Source: Cyanobacteria bacterium P01_F01_bin.150
GTDB lineage: Bacteria; Cyanobacteriota; Cyanobacteriia; CAKZMO01
NCBI GenBank assembly: GCA_039189765.1
Contig: JBCCYL010000001.1
Location: 125,020 to 189,019, forward strand
Direction of reading: 5' to 3'
DNA: 64,000 nucleotides
Below, one piece after another: positions 49,401-58,300 of the stretch (within the stretch, counting starts at the first letter, position 1; each line of letters opens with the position of its first letter). Under the pieces are notes generated by a model, which had not been told where the DNA came from, did not search any database, and saw only the letters and a program-made list of their open reading frames with translations. Made by a program: the position numbers and the translations under genes.

Positions 49401-51967
49401 ACCTAATTCCTAGCCCTGATGGACCCTATGCGGTTAACCCTGAGGCGATTGGCGGTACGGTAACGGTGACAGACGGTATCGGTGGTCCTGGGGTTGGCCC
49501 CACGGTTGGCATCACGGTAACTGAAACTGCCTTGACAGAAGGGGATACGGTCACCCTCAACTTTACAGTCGATGGTGATATTCCTGATGGGGGTCTTGAG
49601 ATCCTAGTTCAGAGTCCGACTCCTGGAGCGATTGGTGAGTTTAACATCTTTGACGCGGATGGCAATTTTGTCATTGAGACCACTGGACTGGCGGGTTTCC
49701 CCATCTCTGCGGATGGTCAGGGAAGCAGCTTCCTGGCTACGATCACGGAGCCAAATGCAAGTGTCACTCTGTCTGTATTTGATGACGGTCCGAATGAAGG
49801 TTCGGAAGAGTTAAGCTTCAACATCGTTGATGGTGAGGTTTATGAAGTCTCAGAAACTGAGGGTTCTATTACCATCAATATTGATGATGGTGGTCCTATA
49901 GCTCCCGACCCCATTGAGGTTGTTGTTACTGTAGAAAACTTGGCCCCCGACGCAGGAACGTTTATTACTCCGCTTTGGGTCAGCTTCCACAACGGTGAAT
50001 TTGATATTTACAATCGAGGAGAAGCGGCAACGCCAGGGTTGGAAAGCATTGCTGAAGATGGAAGTGCAGCGCTCCTTGCTGAAGAGTTCATCAATAGCGG
50101 GTTTGGTGCAGTTGAAGGCGTCATTATTGGTCCTGAGGGATTGGGTGGTCCAATCGATCCGGGCGAAGTTGCCTCAGCAACATTCACCATCGATCCAAGT
50201 GCTGATAATAGTCAGTTCTTTAGCTATGCGGCGATGATTCTTCCCTCCAATGATGCCTTTATCGCTAATGGCGATCCGATGGTTCATAGCCTGTTTGATG
50301 CGGATGGCAATTTTGTTGGAGCTGACTTCATCGTTGCGGGGGGTGAAGTGTTAGATGCAGGCACCGAGGTCAATGATGAGCTCGCTGAAACTACTGCTTT
50401 CTTCTCGCAAGCCGCTCCAAATACTGGTGACGACGAGAACGGCACCGTTGAACTTCATCCAGGGTTTATTGAAGGCGGTCGCATCCTCAGCGAAGATGGC
50501 ACCACAGAGGGGGCACCTGCTGCTTTCACTAGCGCTGACTTTACTGCTGATGGATATCAGGTTGTTCGGATTACGGTAGAAGAGACGACTCCTCCTCCTA
50601 CAGGTGATGCCCCTGTCGTCAGCTTTAACATTGAGCCAGATGTGGTGATTGAAGAAGACGGTGCAGACGCTGTCTTTAGCCTCAACTTTGCGGTAGATGG
50701 AGAAATCCCAACCCCTGAGTTTGATGAGGACGGTAACTATGTTTCCGGCGGTCTGTCTGTTCTCTTACGAGTCAATGATGCTGAGGTATTTGGACAGTTT
50801 GGTAATGATTTCAGCATAGAAGGTCTGACCTTTGGGGAGTTTAGTGAAGTTGGCGGAACCGTGTTCCCACCTGATTTCTTTATCCAAGAGTTTATTCTGT
50901 TGGAAGAGACTGCTAATCTTACTCAAAACATCGCCAACGATATTCTTGAGGAAGAGCCTGCATCGTTCAACTTTGAGCTGATTGAAGCGGGTGGCCTAAT
51001 TGACTCAAACTACACCATCAATCCAGATGAGTTCACCGATACATTCTCCATTGAAGATGGCAACGGTGGTCCTGGTGTAGGCCCCACAGTTGGTATTTCG
51101 GTAACTGAGACCGAGCTGTTTGAGGGAGACCAAGTTACTCTAAACTTCACCACTGAAGGTGATATTCCAGCGGAAGGGGTGCAGGTACTGGTTCAAAGTC
51201 CAAACGATGCAGCGGTTGGTGAGTTTGTCATCTTTAATGAAGACGGTAGCCCTGCCATCGAGCTGGAGGGCATTGCAGGCTTCCCTGAAGGCGATGGCAA
51301 CAGCTTCTTGCTCACCATTACCGAGCCGGATGCAAGCATCACGCTTTCCGTGTTTGATGATGGTCCAAATGAAGGGCTAGAACCATTGACCTTTGAGGTG
51401 GTCAATGGGGAAGAGTACGAAGTTGCGGCGGATGCTGGCAGCGTGGAGCTGACCATCGATGATGGCGGACCAATACCTGGCGGTAGCATTGACTTCGAGG
51501 GTGATGCCCTAGAGGTTGGTGATGTGGTCAACGACCAGTTTGATGGTTTGACCGTTGCGGTTGAAGGTGAGTTGGAGGCGATGATTTTTGATACGGCCAA
51601 TCCCACCGGAGGGGATTACGACCTGCGCAGTGATGATCTGGGTCAGGTGTTGATTATCTCTGAGGACGGCGACTCTGCTGACCCAGATGACAATATTAGA
51701 GGCGGCACCCTGATGTTTGATTGGGATGGTGGGGTCAGTCTTGAGAGCATTGGTCTGCTTGATATTGAAGAGTCAGGCGGCATGGTCACTCTGTATGGGG
51801 TAGATGACACCACTGTGCTAGCGACCTTTGATATTCCGGCATTGGGCGACAACAGCCTCCAGTCCATCGATATCGGCACTGCTGATGTCGGCAAGATGAA
51901 TGTGCTGTTAGCCGGTAGTGGCGCTATTACCGAAATTGTCCTTGCTGAGGATAGCAGCATCGCATAA
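46466..51967 (+). CDS. Giant (1833 aa) family paralog, recent duplicate of gene 39841 over its first ~600 codons; Calx-beta-like modules, spondin-N-like domain, family C-terminal domain
   Basis: ATG 46466 has GAGGAG upstream. The N-terminal ~600 aa is above 90% identical to the gene at 39841. The spondin-N-like domain TVENLAPDAGTFITPLWVSFHNGEFDIYN is at ~49905-50580. The tail is ...AGSGAITEIVLAEDSSIA*. Confidence 0.85.
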   Translation: MYSESVSGDITNNPNDPLALPLEEGANSLSATTGNGDQEYVTVTVPAGFELESLTLSSFSSGGDSAFIGVQSGTTFTEPLEDGANVGNILGYALFSGGQVGTNILDNIGNGAGAIGFDGALSAGDYTFALQQLSGPTDYELNFNVAAVEDGGDGGDGGDGGDGGDGGDGGDGGDGGGGLPVVSYEAVPAVFSEEAENNLVEYKFTVDGELPEGGLVIKFKSFGDNDFIEWSNQFAGDPAPELVNLEFADFTFNPETGLLDDFDLLVTDTEASFQIYLINDIVEEGSQVFDFRVVEGEGYIVDPNQSPLFTINDDNGGPGIGPTIGLSVSETNLAEADSLTVTFDVDGDIPPEGVQVLVQSDVDGSLGQFDLADLGNITTTGIAGLPEVGDVLGRSFFATITESTATITLNVFDDIIAEEPLDITFTLANGEVYEVDPDAASTTLTISDQVQPAGPTVSLSVDNTDLVEGGDPVTLSISVDGAIPDGGLPVLINDLASAQSGVRSLTEFDVANVTTTGIDGFPSPAEGDSGFFVTVTDSNATVTLAAFDEGADEDEASEIFTFEVVDGEAYEVDADAGSVTVSITDSSDAGGGDLPVLSFTASTDTLSEAEGTSLTFNFSVEGAFPDEGVVVRFDENFFDTGDQINFNIFDLENLEFFDFEETSPGLFTVDYLLSAPEGSLTTGVFDDNVAEAEFIYNPSILPIPDANYTINPDASSVSISIVDGVDSTGGPVISLDITPTDVAEGDTLTLTFTAEGTIPDGGVEINVDTGVGVALGDFISTDENGIPNITVTGFAGLPASNGAASGFSAFMVDSTATITLDVVNDGFGEGTETFDVALLDGENYDVASTDAISVSISDADPSLPVVGLEVSPTEKTEADDGPEITLTFTVEGEIPAVELDAEGAYVSGGLPIEFDGSDVIAIFEQITGGAIPDGLEVTRFPADETDTTYEFTLLQNTATVSVTLLDDVIQEEAQNFSFNLIPSPDGPYAVNPEAIGGTVTVTDGIGGPGVGPTVGITVTETALTEGDTVTLNFTVDGDIPDGGLEILVQSPTPGAIGEFNIFDADGNFVIETTGLAGFPISADGQGSSFLATITEPNASVTLSVFDDGPNEGSEELSFNIVDGEVYEVSETEGSITINIDDGGPIAPDPIEVVVTVENLAPDAGTFITPLWVSFHNGEFDIYNRGEAATPGLESIAEDGSAALLAEEFINSGFGAVEGVIIGPEGLGGPIDPGEVASATFTIDPSADNSQFFSYAAMILPSNDAFIANGDPMVHSLFDADGNFVGADFIVAGGEVLDAGTEVNDELAETTAFFSQAAPNTGDDENGTVELHPGFIEGGRILSEDGTTEGAPAAFTSADFTADGYQVVRITVEETTPPPTGDAPVVSFNIEPDVVIEEDGADAVFSLNFAVDGEIPTPEFDEDGNYVSGGLSVLLRVNDAEVFGQFGNDFSIEGLTFGEFSEVGGTVFPPDFFIQEFILLEETANLTQNIANDILEEEPASFNFELIEAGGLIDSNYTINPDEFTDTFSIEDGNGGPGVGPTVGISVTETELFEGDQVTLNFTTEGDIPAEGVQVLVQSPNDAAVGEFVIFNEDGSPAIELEGIAGFPEGDGNSFLLTITEPDASITLSVFDDGPNEGLEPLTFEVVNGEEYEVAADAGSVELTIDDGGPIPGGSIDFEGDALEVGDVVNDQFDGLTVAVEGELEAMIFDTANPTGGDYDLRSDDLGQVLIISEDGDSADPDDNIRGGTLMFDWDGGVSLESIGLLDIEESGGMVTLYGVDDTTVLATFDIPALGDNSLQSIDIGTADVGKMNVLLAGSGAITEIVLAEDSSIA

Positions 51968-51979
51968 AGCGTTCGAGAA

Positions 51980-52010
51980 AAGCGGGAGGTGATTAATCTC
52001 CCGCTTTTGC
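51980..52010 (+). terminator. Rho-independent terminator after gene 46466
   Basis: AGCGGGAG-GTGATTAAT-CTCCCGCT followed by TTTGC. Confidence 0.55.
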
Positions 52011-52094
52011 AATTTCCTCGTTCCCAGCGTCTCGCCTGGAACATCGTGTTTCTTATAACGTTGCACTATTTTGGATTCTGGAGAAAATCAATTT

Positions 52095-54872
52095 ATGGTA
52101 CAGATTAGTCTGTCCACATCAACCACATTTGATGGTGATCTGAATGCTCTCGTTGAAGATCAAGGGACATTGTTAACAGTTCGATTCGACTTGGATGACG
52201 CTGCCCCTGCGGATGGGTTAAGAGTCTTCTTGGATAGTGAGGTTCCAGGCATCCTTAATCGTCTCGATTTTGCCGCATTGGTAGCAAATCCCCAGCTTGA
52301 AAATATTGATTTTTTCCCACTTCCTCAGAGAAATGATGACCGATCCGGTGTTGCACTCACCATTTCTCCGGGGGCAGAATTTGCCACGTTTACCATTAAT
52401 ATCCGCGATGATGAAGACACGGTACCGCCGCAGGAACTTTTCGATGGCTTGGTAGAAGCAGAATTTTCAGTGATTACGGCGGACCAAATCCTGCCTGAAG
52501 ATCAAGCCTCCATTGTTGGCATTAGTGACTACACGGTCGATGCCAATGCGGCCAGCAGTACGGTACTGTTTGTCGATACGGAGAGTCAGCTACCAGGTAA
52601 TTCGCCTGAACCGCCTGATTCGCCTGAGCCACCTGAGCCACCCACACCACCCACACCGCCTGAGGCACCGAGCAACGTGGACCCTGTGGCGAATAATGAT
52701 GCCTACAGTGCAACAGCGGGTGAAACCCTAGTCGTTGATGCGGTGACGGGCCTGCTAGCCAACGACAGCGATGGGGATGGGGATAGTTTAACGGTGGCGA
52801 TCGCCTCCGATGCCACCAACGGCAGCGTTTCCCTCAACGATGACGGCTCCTTTAGCTACACCCCCAATGCTGACGTTGTCGGCGTTGACCGCTTTAGCTA
52901 CACCGTTAGCGATGGCAACGGCGGCAACGATACCGCTGATGTGTCCATTAACGTTATGGCCGAACCAAGTGAGCCACCCGGCGGTAGCTTGGAGACACCT
53001 CCGGGCATTCTTCTTTCTGTAAATCCTGATAATCCAACACCTCCTGGTCCTGAATTTAGTGGGTCTCCTGCTGAATATGCAACGGCATTGGTTGCCAAGG
53101 AGATCTCGACTCGAGTGTTCGGGGCAAATGGGGATATCCAACCCACTCTCGCGACCGAAGTCACACTGCTGGGGCTTGCAGCTTCAGGATTCAATCCCAG
53201 TCTTATAGAAGTAACCATAGACGAGATCCAACAGACCGTAACCGTCTCCCATCCAGGCCTACCAGACCGCACCGCCATCTATACTGAATCCCAGGGGTCT
53301 ATCATCTTACCGGTCGGCGTGAACGACCTTGCCTTCACGCCCCAGACCATTGAGTGGTTAGGACCCCCTGAAGATGCCCTCTGGCCGTTGGGAGAGACCA
53401 TCGTCGAGGGCGACAGTCTGATCGATACAGCAGCTCTGGAGGCAGCGCTCGATACCCACATAGAACGGACAGGAATACGGGCGATCGCCGTAGTCCATGA
53501 AGGAGAGCTAGTGGGGGAGCGGTACGCACCAGGATACGGTCCATTTGTTCCACAACGTGCCTGGTCCACGGGCAAGAGTGTGGTCGCTACGGCCATTGGC
53601 CGCCTGATTGACCAGGGATATCTCGACCTCGATCAAACGGTTCCAGTCGAAGCGTGGGCGAACGACGAGCGCCAAGAGATTACCCTTCGCAATTTGCTGA
53701 ACATGTCCAGTGGGCTTGATCAACAGTTCGACCGAAGTTTAACTGCCTTTTTCTCTCCCGACAACGAGCATACGTTTATTTACAGCGAAGGATTTGACAC
53801 CGTCGCTGATGCGGTAGAAGTTCAGCCAGGCGCATTTGCTCCCGGTACCGAATACGCCTACCGCAACGCCAATCCGCTGATTGCCACCGCTGTTGCCCGT
53901 CTTGTCTTTGCCGAAGCGACGTCCCAGGATGAGTTGGCTTTCTTTGCCCGTGAAGTCTTTGAACCCCTGGGCATGCGGTCGTCTTTTATTGAGACGGATC
54001 TCCACGGCAACTTCCTCTCCTCAGGCGCATTCTTTTCAACCGCCCGCGATCTGGCACGGCTGGCGCTGGTGCATTTGCAAGAGGGCGAGTTTGGGGGAAC
54101 CCAAGTATTGTCCGAGGAGTGGACTAACTTTGTATATCAACCCTCACCCGGTCGTGAGGACTTTGGTGCCTATTGGCGAAACAATATCAATGGTGCATTG
54201 GATTTGCCCACCGATGCCTTCTTTGCCAGCGGTGGTTTTGGACAGAGGGCGATCGCCATCCCCAGCCGGGATTTGGTGATCTCTCAGCTTGCCTTTGATC
54301 CGTTTACGGATGATCAAAATTTTGAGCTTTTCGTAAATGAAGTTGTGGGCATTGTTGATGCGATCGCTCCTATCGATGAAGTTGTGTACGACTTCGAAAC
54401 CAGTAGCCAGGGAGAACTGAAATCAGGAGATGTGGTAACAGATCAATTTGAGGGTCTAACCATTGAAGCGGCCGATGACCTATCTGCCATGATTTTTGAT
54501 AGCGCAAATCCCACCGGAGGCGATCAGGATTTGGCCAGTTCAACCTTGGGCAATATCCTGATCATCTCTGAAGATGGTGACTCTGCCGACCCAGACGATA
54601 ATGCCAAGGGAGGGACCCTGATGTTTGACTGGGATGGGGTAGTAAATATAGAGAGTCTTGGCCTCCTGGATATTGAGGAGTCAGGCGGTACCGTTACCCT
54701 GTATGGAGTCGATGATGCCACGGTGCTAGCAACGATTGATATTCCTGGACTGGACGATAATAGTTTCCAATCCCTCGATATCGGTACCGCTGATGTGGGC
54801 AAGATGGACGTATTTATGGTGGGTAGTGGAGCTATTACCGATATTCTAATAGCGGAAGATAGTGCTTCGTAA
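52095..54872 (+). CDS. Family paralog (~925 aa): shared N-terminal domain, cadherin-like/Big domain, beta-lactamase-fold serine hydrolase domain, family C-terminal domain
   Basis: The ORF is open from 52071, but ATG 52095 (MVQISLSTSTTFDGD) aligns with the paralog starts and has GGAG upstream. The cadherin-like segment is NVDPVANNDAYSATAGETLVVDAV...DRFSYTVSDGNGGNDTADVSINV. SxxK is WSTGKS and YxN is YRN. The tail is ...VGSGAITDILIAEDSAS*. Confidence 0.8.
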   Translation: MVQISLSTSTTFDGDLNALVEDQGTLLTVRFDLDDAAPADGLRVFLDSEVPGILNRLDFAALVANPQLENIDFFPLPQRNDDRSGVALTISPGAEFATFTINIRDDEDTVPPQELFDGLVEAEFSVITADQILPEDQASIVGISDYTVDANAASSTVLFVDTESQLPGNSPEPPDSPEPPEPPTPPTPPEAPSNVDPVANNDAYSATAGETLVVDAVTGLLANDSDGDGDSLTVAIASDATNGSVSLNDDGSFSYTPNADVVGVDRFSYTVSDGNGGNDTADVSINVMAEPSEPPGGSLETPPGILLSVNPDNPTPPGPEFSGSPAEYATALVAKEISTRVFGANGDIQPTLATEVTLLGLAASGFNPSLIEVTIDEIQQTVTVSHPGLPDRTAIYTESQGSIILPVGVNDLAFTPQTIEWLGPPEDALWPLGETIVEGDSLIDTAALEAALDTHIERTGIRAIAVVHEGELVGERYAPGYGPFVPQRAWSTGKSVVATAIGRLIDQGYLDLDQTVPVEAWANDERQEITLRNLLNMSSGLDQQFDRSLTAFFSPDNEHTFIYSEGFDTVADAVEVQPGAFAPGTEYAYRNANPLIATAVARLVFAEATSQDELAFFAREVFEPLGMRSSFIETDLHGNFLSSGAFFSTARDLARLALVHLQEGEFGGTQVLSEEWTNFVYQPSPGREDFGAYWRNNINGALDLPTDAFFASGGFGQRAIAIPSRDLVISQLAFDPFTDDQNFELFVNEVVGIVDAIAPIDEVVYDFETSSQGELKSGDVVTDQFEGLTIEAADDLSAMIFDSANPTGGDQDLASSTLGNILIISEDGDSADPDDNAKGGTLMFDWDGVVNIESLGLLDIEESGGTVTLYGVDDATVLATIDIPGLDDNSFQSLDIGTADVGKMDVFMVGSGAITDILIAEDSAS
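53380..54370 (+). other. Beta-lactamase-family serine hydrolase-like domain inside gene 52095
   Basis: STGK (SxxK), YAYRNAN (YxN) and GGFGQRAIAIPSRDLV (the C-terminal strand typical of the family). The third box is degenerate, so it may be catalytically altered. Confidence 0.5.
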
Positions 54873-55242
54873 CACGATCTATTGGCCTGATATTCAGCTA
54901 TTCTACAGAGGAGAATTCTAATCGTTTTGCAACTGATGACCGTTTCCATGCTCTTGATCTAAATAGAAAATGGTAAAAGCTGTTTGTCTTGACCTTCAAG
55001 AGCCATCCCCCTATAAGCAGTCTCAGAGTACTTAACGATGATGGTATTGAGCAGACTAGCAAAACACTCACTGGGCAAAGTATTTCCTGTGCAAAATACT
55101 TGCTGTGCAAAAAGATCATATAAACGCATTAGTTAAGCGTAGCTTTATTGTTTCTGATCGGTCTGATTTATCTTGGGCGATCGCACTGTCCTGACTCTAA
55201 TTTGAAAACTGGAACTGTTCAGTAAAAGAAGTTTACTGTAAG

Positions 55243-55300
55243 GCGAAACAAGATGAACGGTGGTGTGGGCGCGACGTGCCCACACCACTCGCCTAAGTTC
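55243..55300. repeat. Conserved palindromic intergenic element, copy 4
   Basis: GCGAAACAAGATGAACGGTGGTGTGGGC-GCGACGT-GCCCACACCACTCGCCTAAGTTCGATCCCCCC has a perfect 11-bp stem. Its left end (GCGAAACAA.AT.AACGGTG) matches copy 3. Confidence 0.5.
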
Positions 55301-55390
55301 GATCCCCCCTAGCGACTCGCTTAAAAACTCCGTTAGAAACAGCGTAAAGCTGCCCGAAACACATGCAACTGTTTAGTAATAAGGACGTCC

Positions 55391-58300
55391 TTGATAATGA
55401 CAGACGCTCAAAATTCTGAATCTACAGGTGGTCGCAATCTTTCCGGAGCGCTCTATGTTGCGGACCAAACATTAGACACCCTATTGCTGGTTCAAGACTT
55501 AAATGGTGACGGTGATGCCAACGATCCGTCGGAAGCAACCGTGTATTTTGATGGCACAAATGCGTCGGGACTTTTAGAGCCAACGGGCAATATTTTTACA
55601 GTCCTACAGGCCGCAGATGGTTCTGTACTCTATGGTGACGGCGATAGTGATACTGTTTATCGGTTGACCGATACTAACCGTGATGGTGATGCTCTAGATG
55701 CGGACGAGGCCACGGTTTGGTTCTCCTCAGACAATGCAGAGGGTCTGCCGTTGCTGACCCCCAACGGTTTAGCCACAGGTCCCGATGGCGCAGTTTACAT
55801 CACAGAAGCCGATACAGTCGCCACGCCCAATGGTGATTTTATCTATCGCACCGAGGATTTGAACGGTGATGGCGACGCCAATGATGCAGATGAAGCGAGG
55901 GTCTGGTTAGATTTAAAGGCCCTAAATCCTAACTCCTCAGCGTTTGAAATTACCTTTATCGGAGATGTTGCCTACATTATCGATAGTGCAGGTGGTGACC
56001 CCAACGTACTTTATCGAGCGGAAGATGCAAACGGCGACGGAACCATTGACACAAGCGAAGCATCGGTGCTGGTGGACGAAACCATTGTTCCCGTTGATTT
56101 TGGCCTTGCAAGTGACAGTCAAAGTCTTTATGTGGTGGAGCTTTTAGATTTCTCAGAGGCGCAATCTGTCTTTAGAATTGACGACAATAACGGCAGTGCC
56201 ACGGTCACTGAAGTGTGGAACAATACGGCAGTGCCTGATGGCTACCTGTCCTCCGTTGCCTTCTCCATCGCTGCCAGTGATAACGGCATGCTAGCAATCA
56301 CCTCCAACGGTGTTGATCCTAACGAGGACAATATTTTTCAACTAACGGACCTTAACGGCGACGGTGATTACTTTGATGAGGGTGAGACCGTGCCCTTTCT
56401 CTCTCGCCTAGATACTGACACTGTTCCCGAACGACCAAGGGTGGTGGAGTATGCGGCGAATCCCACGCCAATAGTTCCTGGCATTGTTCTTACGGCAACC
56501 GATGCTTACTATACATTCAGCGGTAGTATTAGCTCAAATAGCACTCGCCTGCTGGGGGATAAAGCAACGGCTATTGGGCTGGAGGGATTGGACACTATTT
56601 CGTTTCTACAGTTTGATCCAATGGCGCTACCAGAAACGCTGCTAGACCAGGCATTTAGCGCAACTCTGACCCTAGAGCATGACGCATCTTTGGCTGATTC
56701 GCTAATTCCCGCCACCGACGATCGCCCGGTTATTCTCAGCATCTATGATCTGGATGCACCCTTTGATGACACCAAGCCCGGTGGTAATCTGGCTGACATT
56801 GACTATGGGGAGAATGGGGCAAATGCGATCGCCGTTACATCAGTCGGTGATGATGGCCTATACAGTTGGGATGTCACGGAACTGATAGCAGAATGGGCCG
56901 TTGACACAACTCAAAATGACGGCTTGGCCATTAGCGGGATCTTTGGCAACGAAAACCTGGATGATCGCAACAGCTACGGCATTTTCCACACCGTTGGCTC
57001 TACGGATGGACTCGTGCCGACTTTAACGATCACCCCAAAAGAAGACGATTTGCAAGTTAGTCTATCCACGTCCACCACGTTTGAAGGTGACCTTAATGCT
57101 CTGGTGGAAAATCAAGGAACAGCCATCACCTTTCGCTTTGACTTGAGTGGGCCTGCCCTGGCAGGTGGCCTGACTTTATTTGTTGATGCAGACGTCGAGC
57201 AAATGTTGAATCGGCTGGATTTGCCCACGTTTGCATTTAACCCCATCACTGAAAATATTGACTTTAGAAGCGTTATTCCCAATCGTGACAGCTCCGGCTT
57301 TGTCCTGACTATTGATGAAGGAGCCACTTTTGGCACTGCAACGCTTAACATCTTTGACAATAACGAACCTGAGCCAACCCTTCCCGAGACCTTTGATGGC
57401 CGCGTCGATGCAACCTTCTCCCTAGTTACGGAGGACCAAGTCGATCGCGATATCGAAGGACCGATTCCGACCTTAAGCGACTATACGATCGATCCAGCCG
57501 CCGCCACCAGCGTTGTTATTTTTGCAGACGATATTAGCCAACTTGAAGATCCGACCGATCCTCAGCCTCCCACACCGGGTGACGGCCTCCAGGTTAGCCT
57601 CTTTACCGGGCCAAATTACCTGATTGAAGATGAGGGCACCGTGAGCGCCCATGCCTTTAACGTCACTGGAGGCGTTATCCCTGAGGGTGGCCTGGTGGTT
57701 GCAGTAGACGCCCCCAACCTCAACGAGTTTGATCTAGCAGCGATCTCAGTGGAAGGCGGTTCCATTGAAGCAGTGCGCGATGGCGGCTTTGATTTGCGGA
57801 TGACCGAGTACACGACTCTGGTCAACCTCCCCATTGCCAATGATGGTGAAATTGAAATTGGTGAAACCGCCAGCTTTAGCTTGGCTGCGGGAGATGGCTA
57901 CAACATTGTCGCCGACTACAGCGGCGGCAGCTTTGGCTTGGTGGATACGCGATTGGACATTCCCATGGGCGTGATCAATGAACCCAATAATGCGATCGCC
58001 TTTGCCACCGAGACCCAAATCAGCCCTGAAAACCCCACCTTTTTGGGCACGGATTCAATCTATTTTGATATCGGTAACCGCTATCTTAACGACGATGGCA
58101 CCTACACCTATATCGACTACAGCGAGGACGTAGACGTCTTCAAAGTTGATTTAACCGCTGGGCAGACTATTACCATTGAGACCTTCGACTTTGACACCAA
58201 CGTTGACGAATTTGGCGTCGGTTTTGCCATTAACGCCTTTGTCTACGATGCTGAAGGTAACCAGCTTCAGGACTATATCAATACGGGCTTTGATCCGGCG

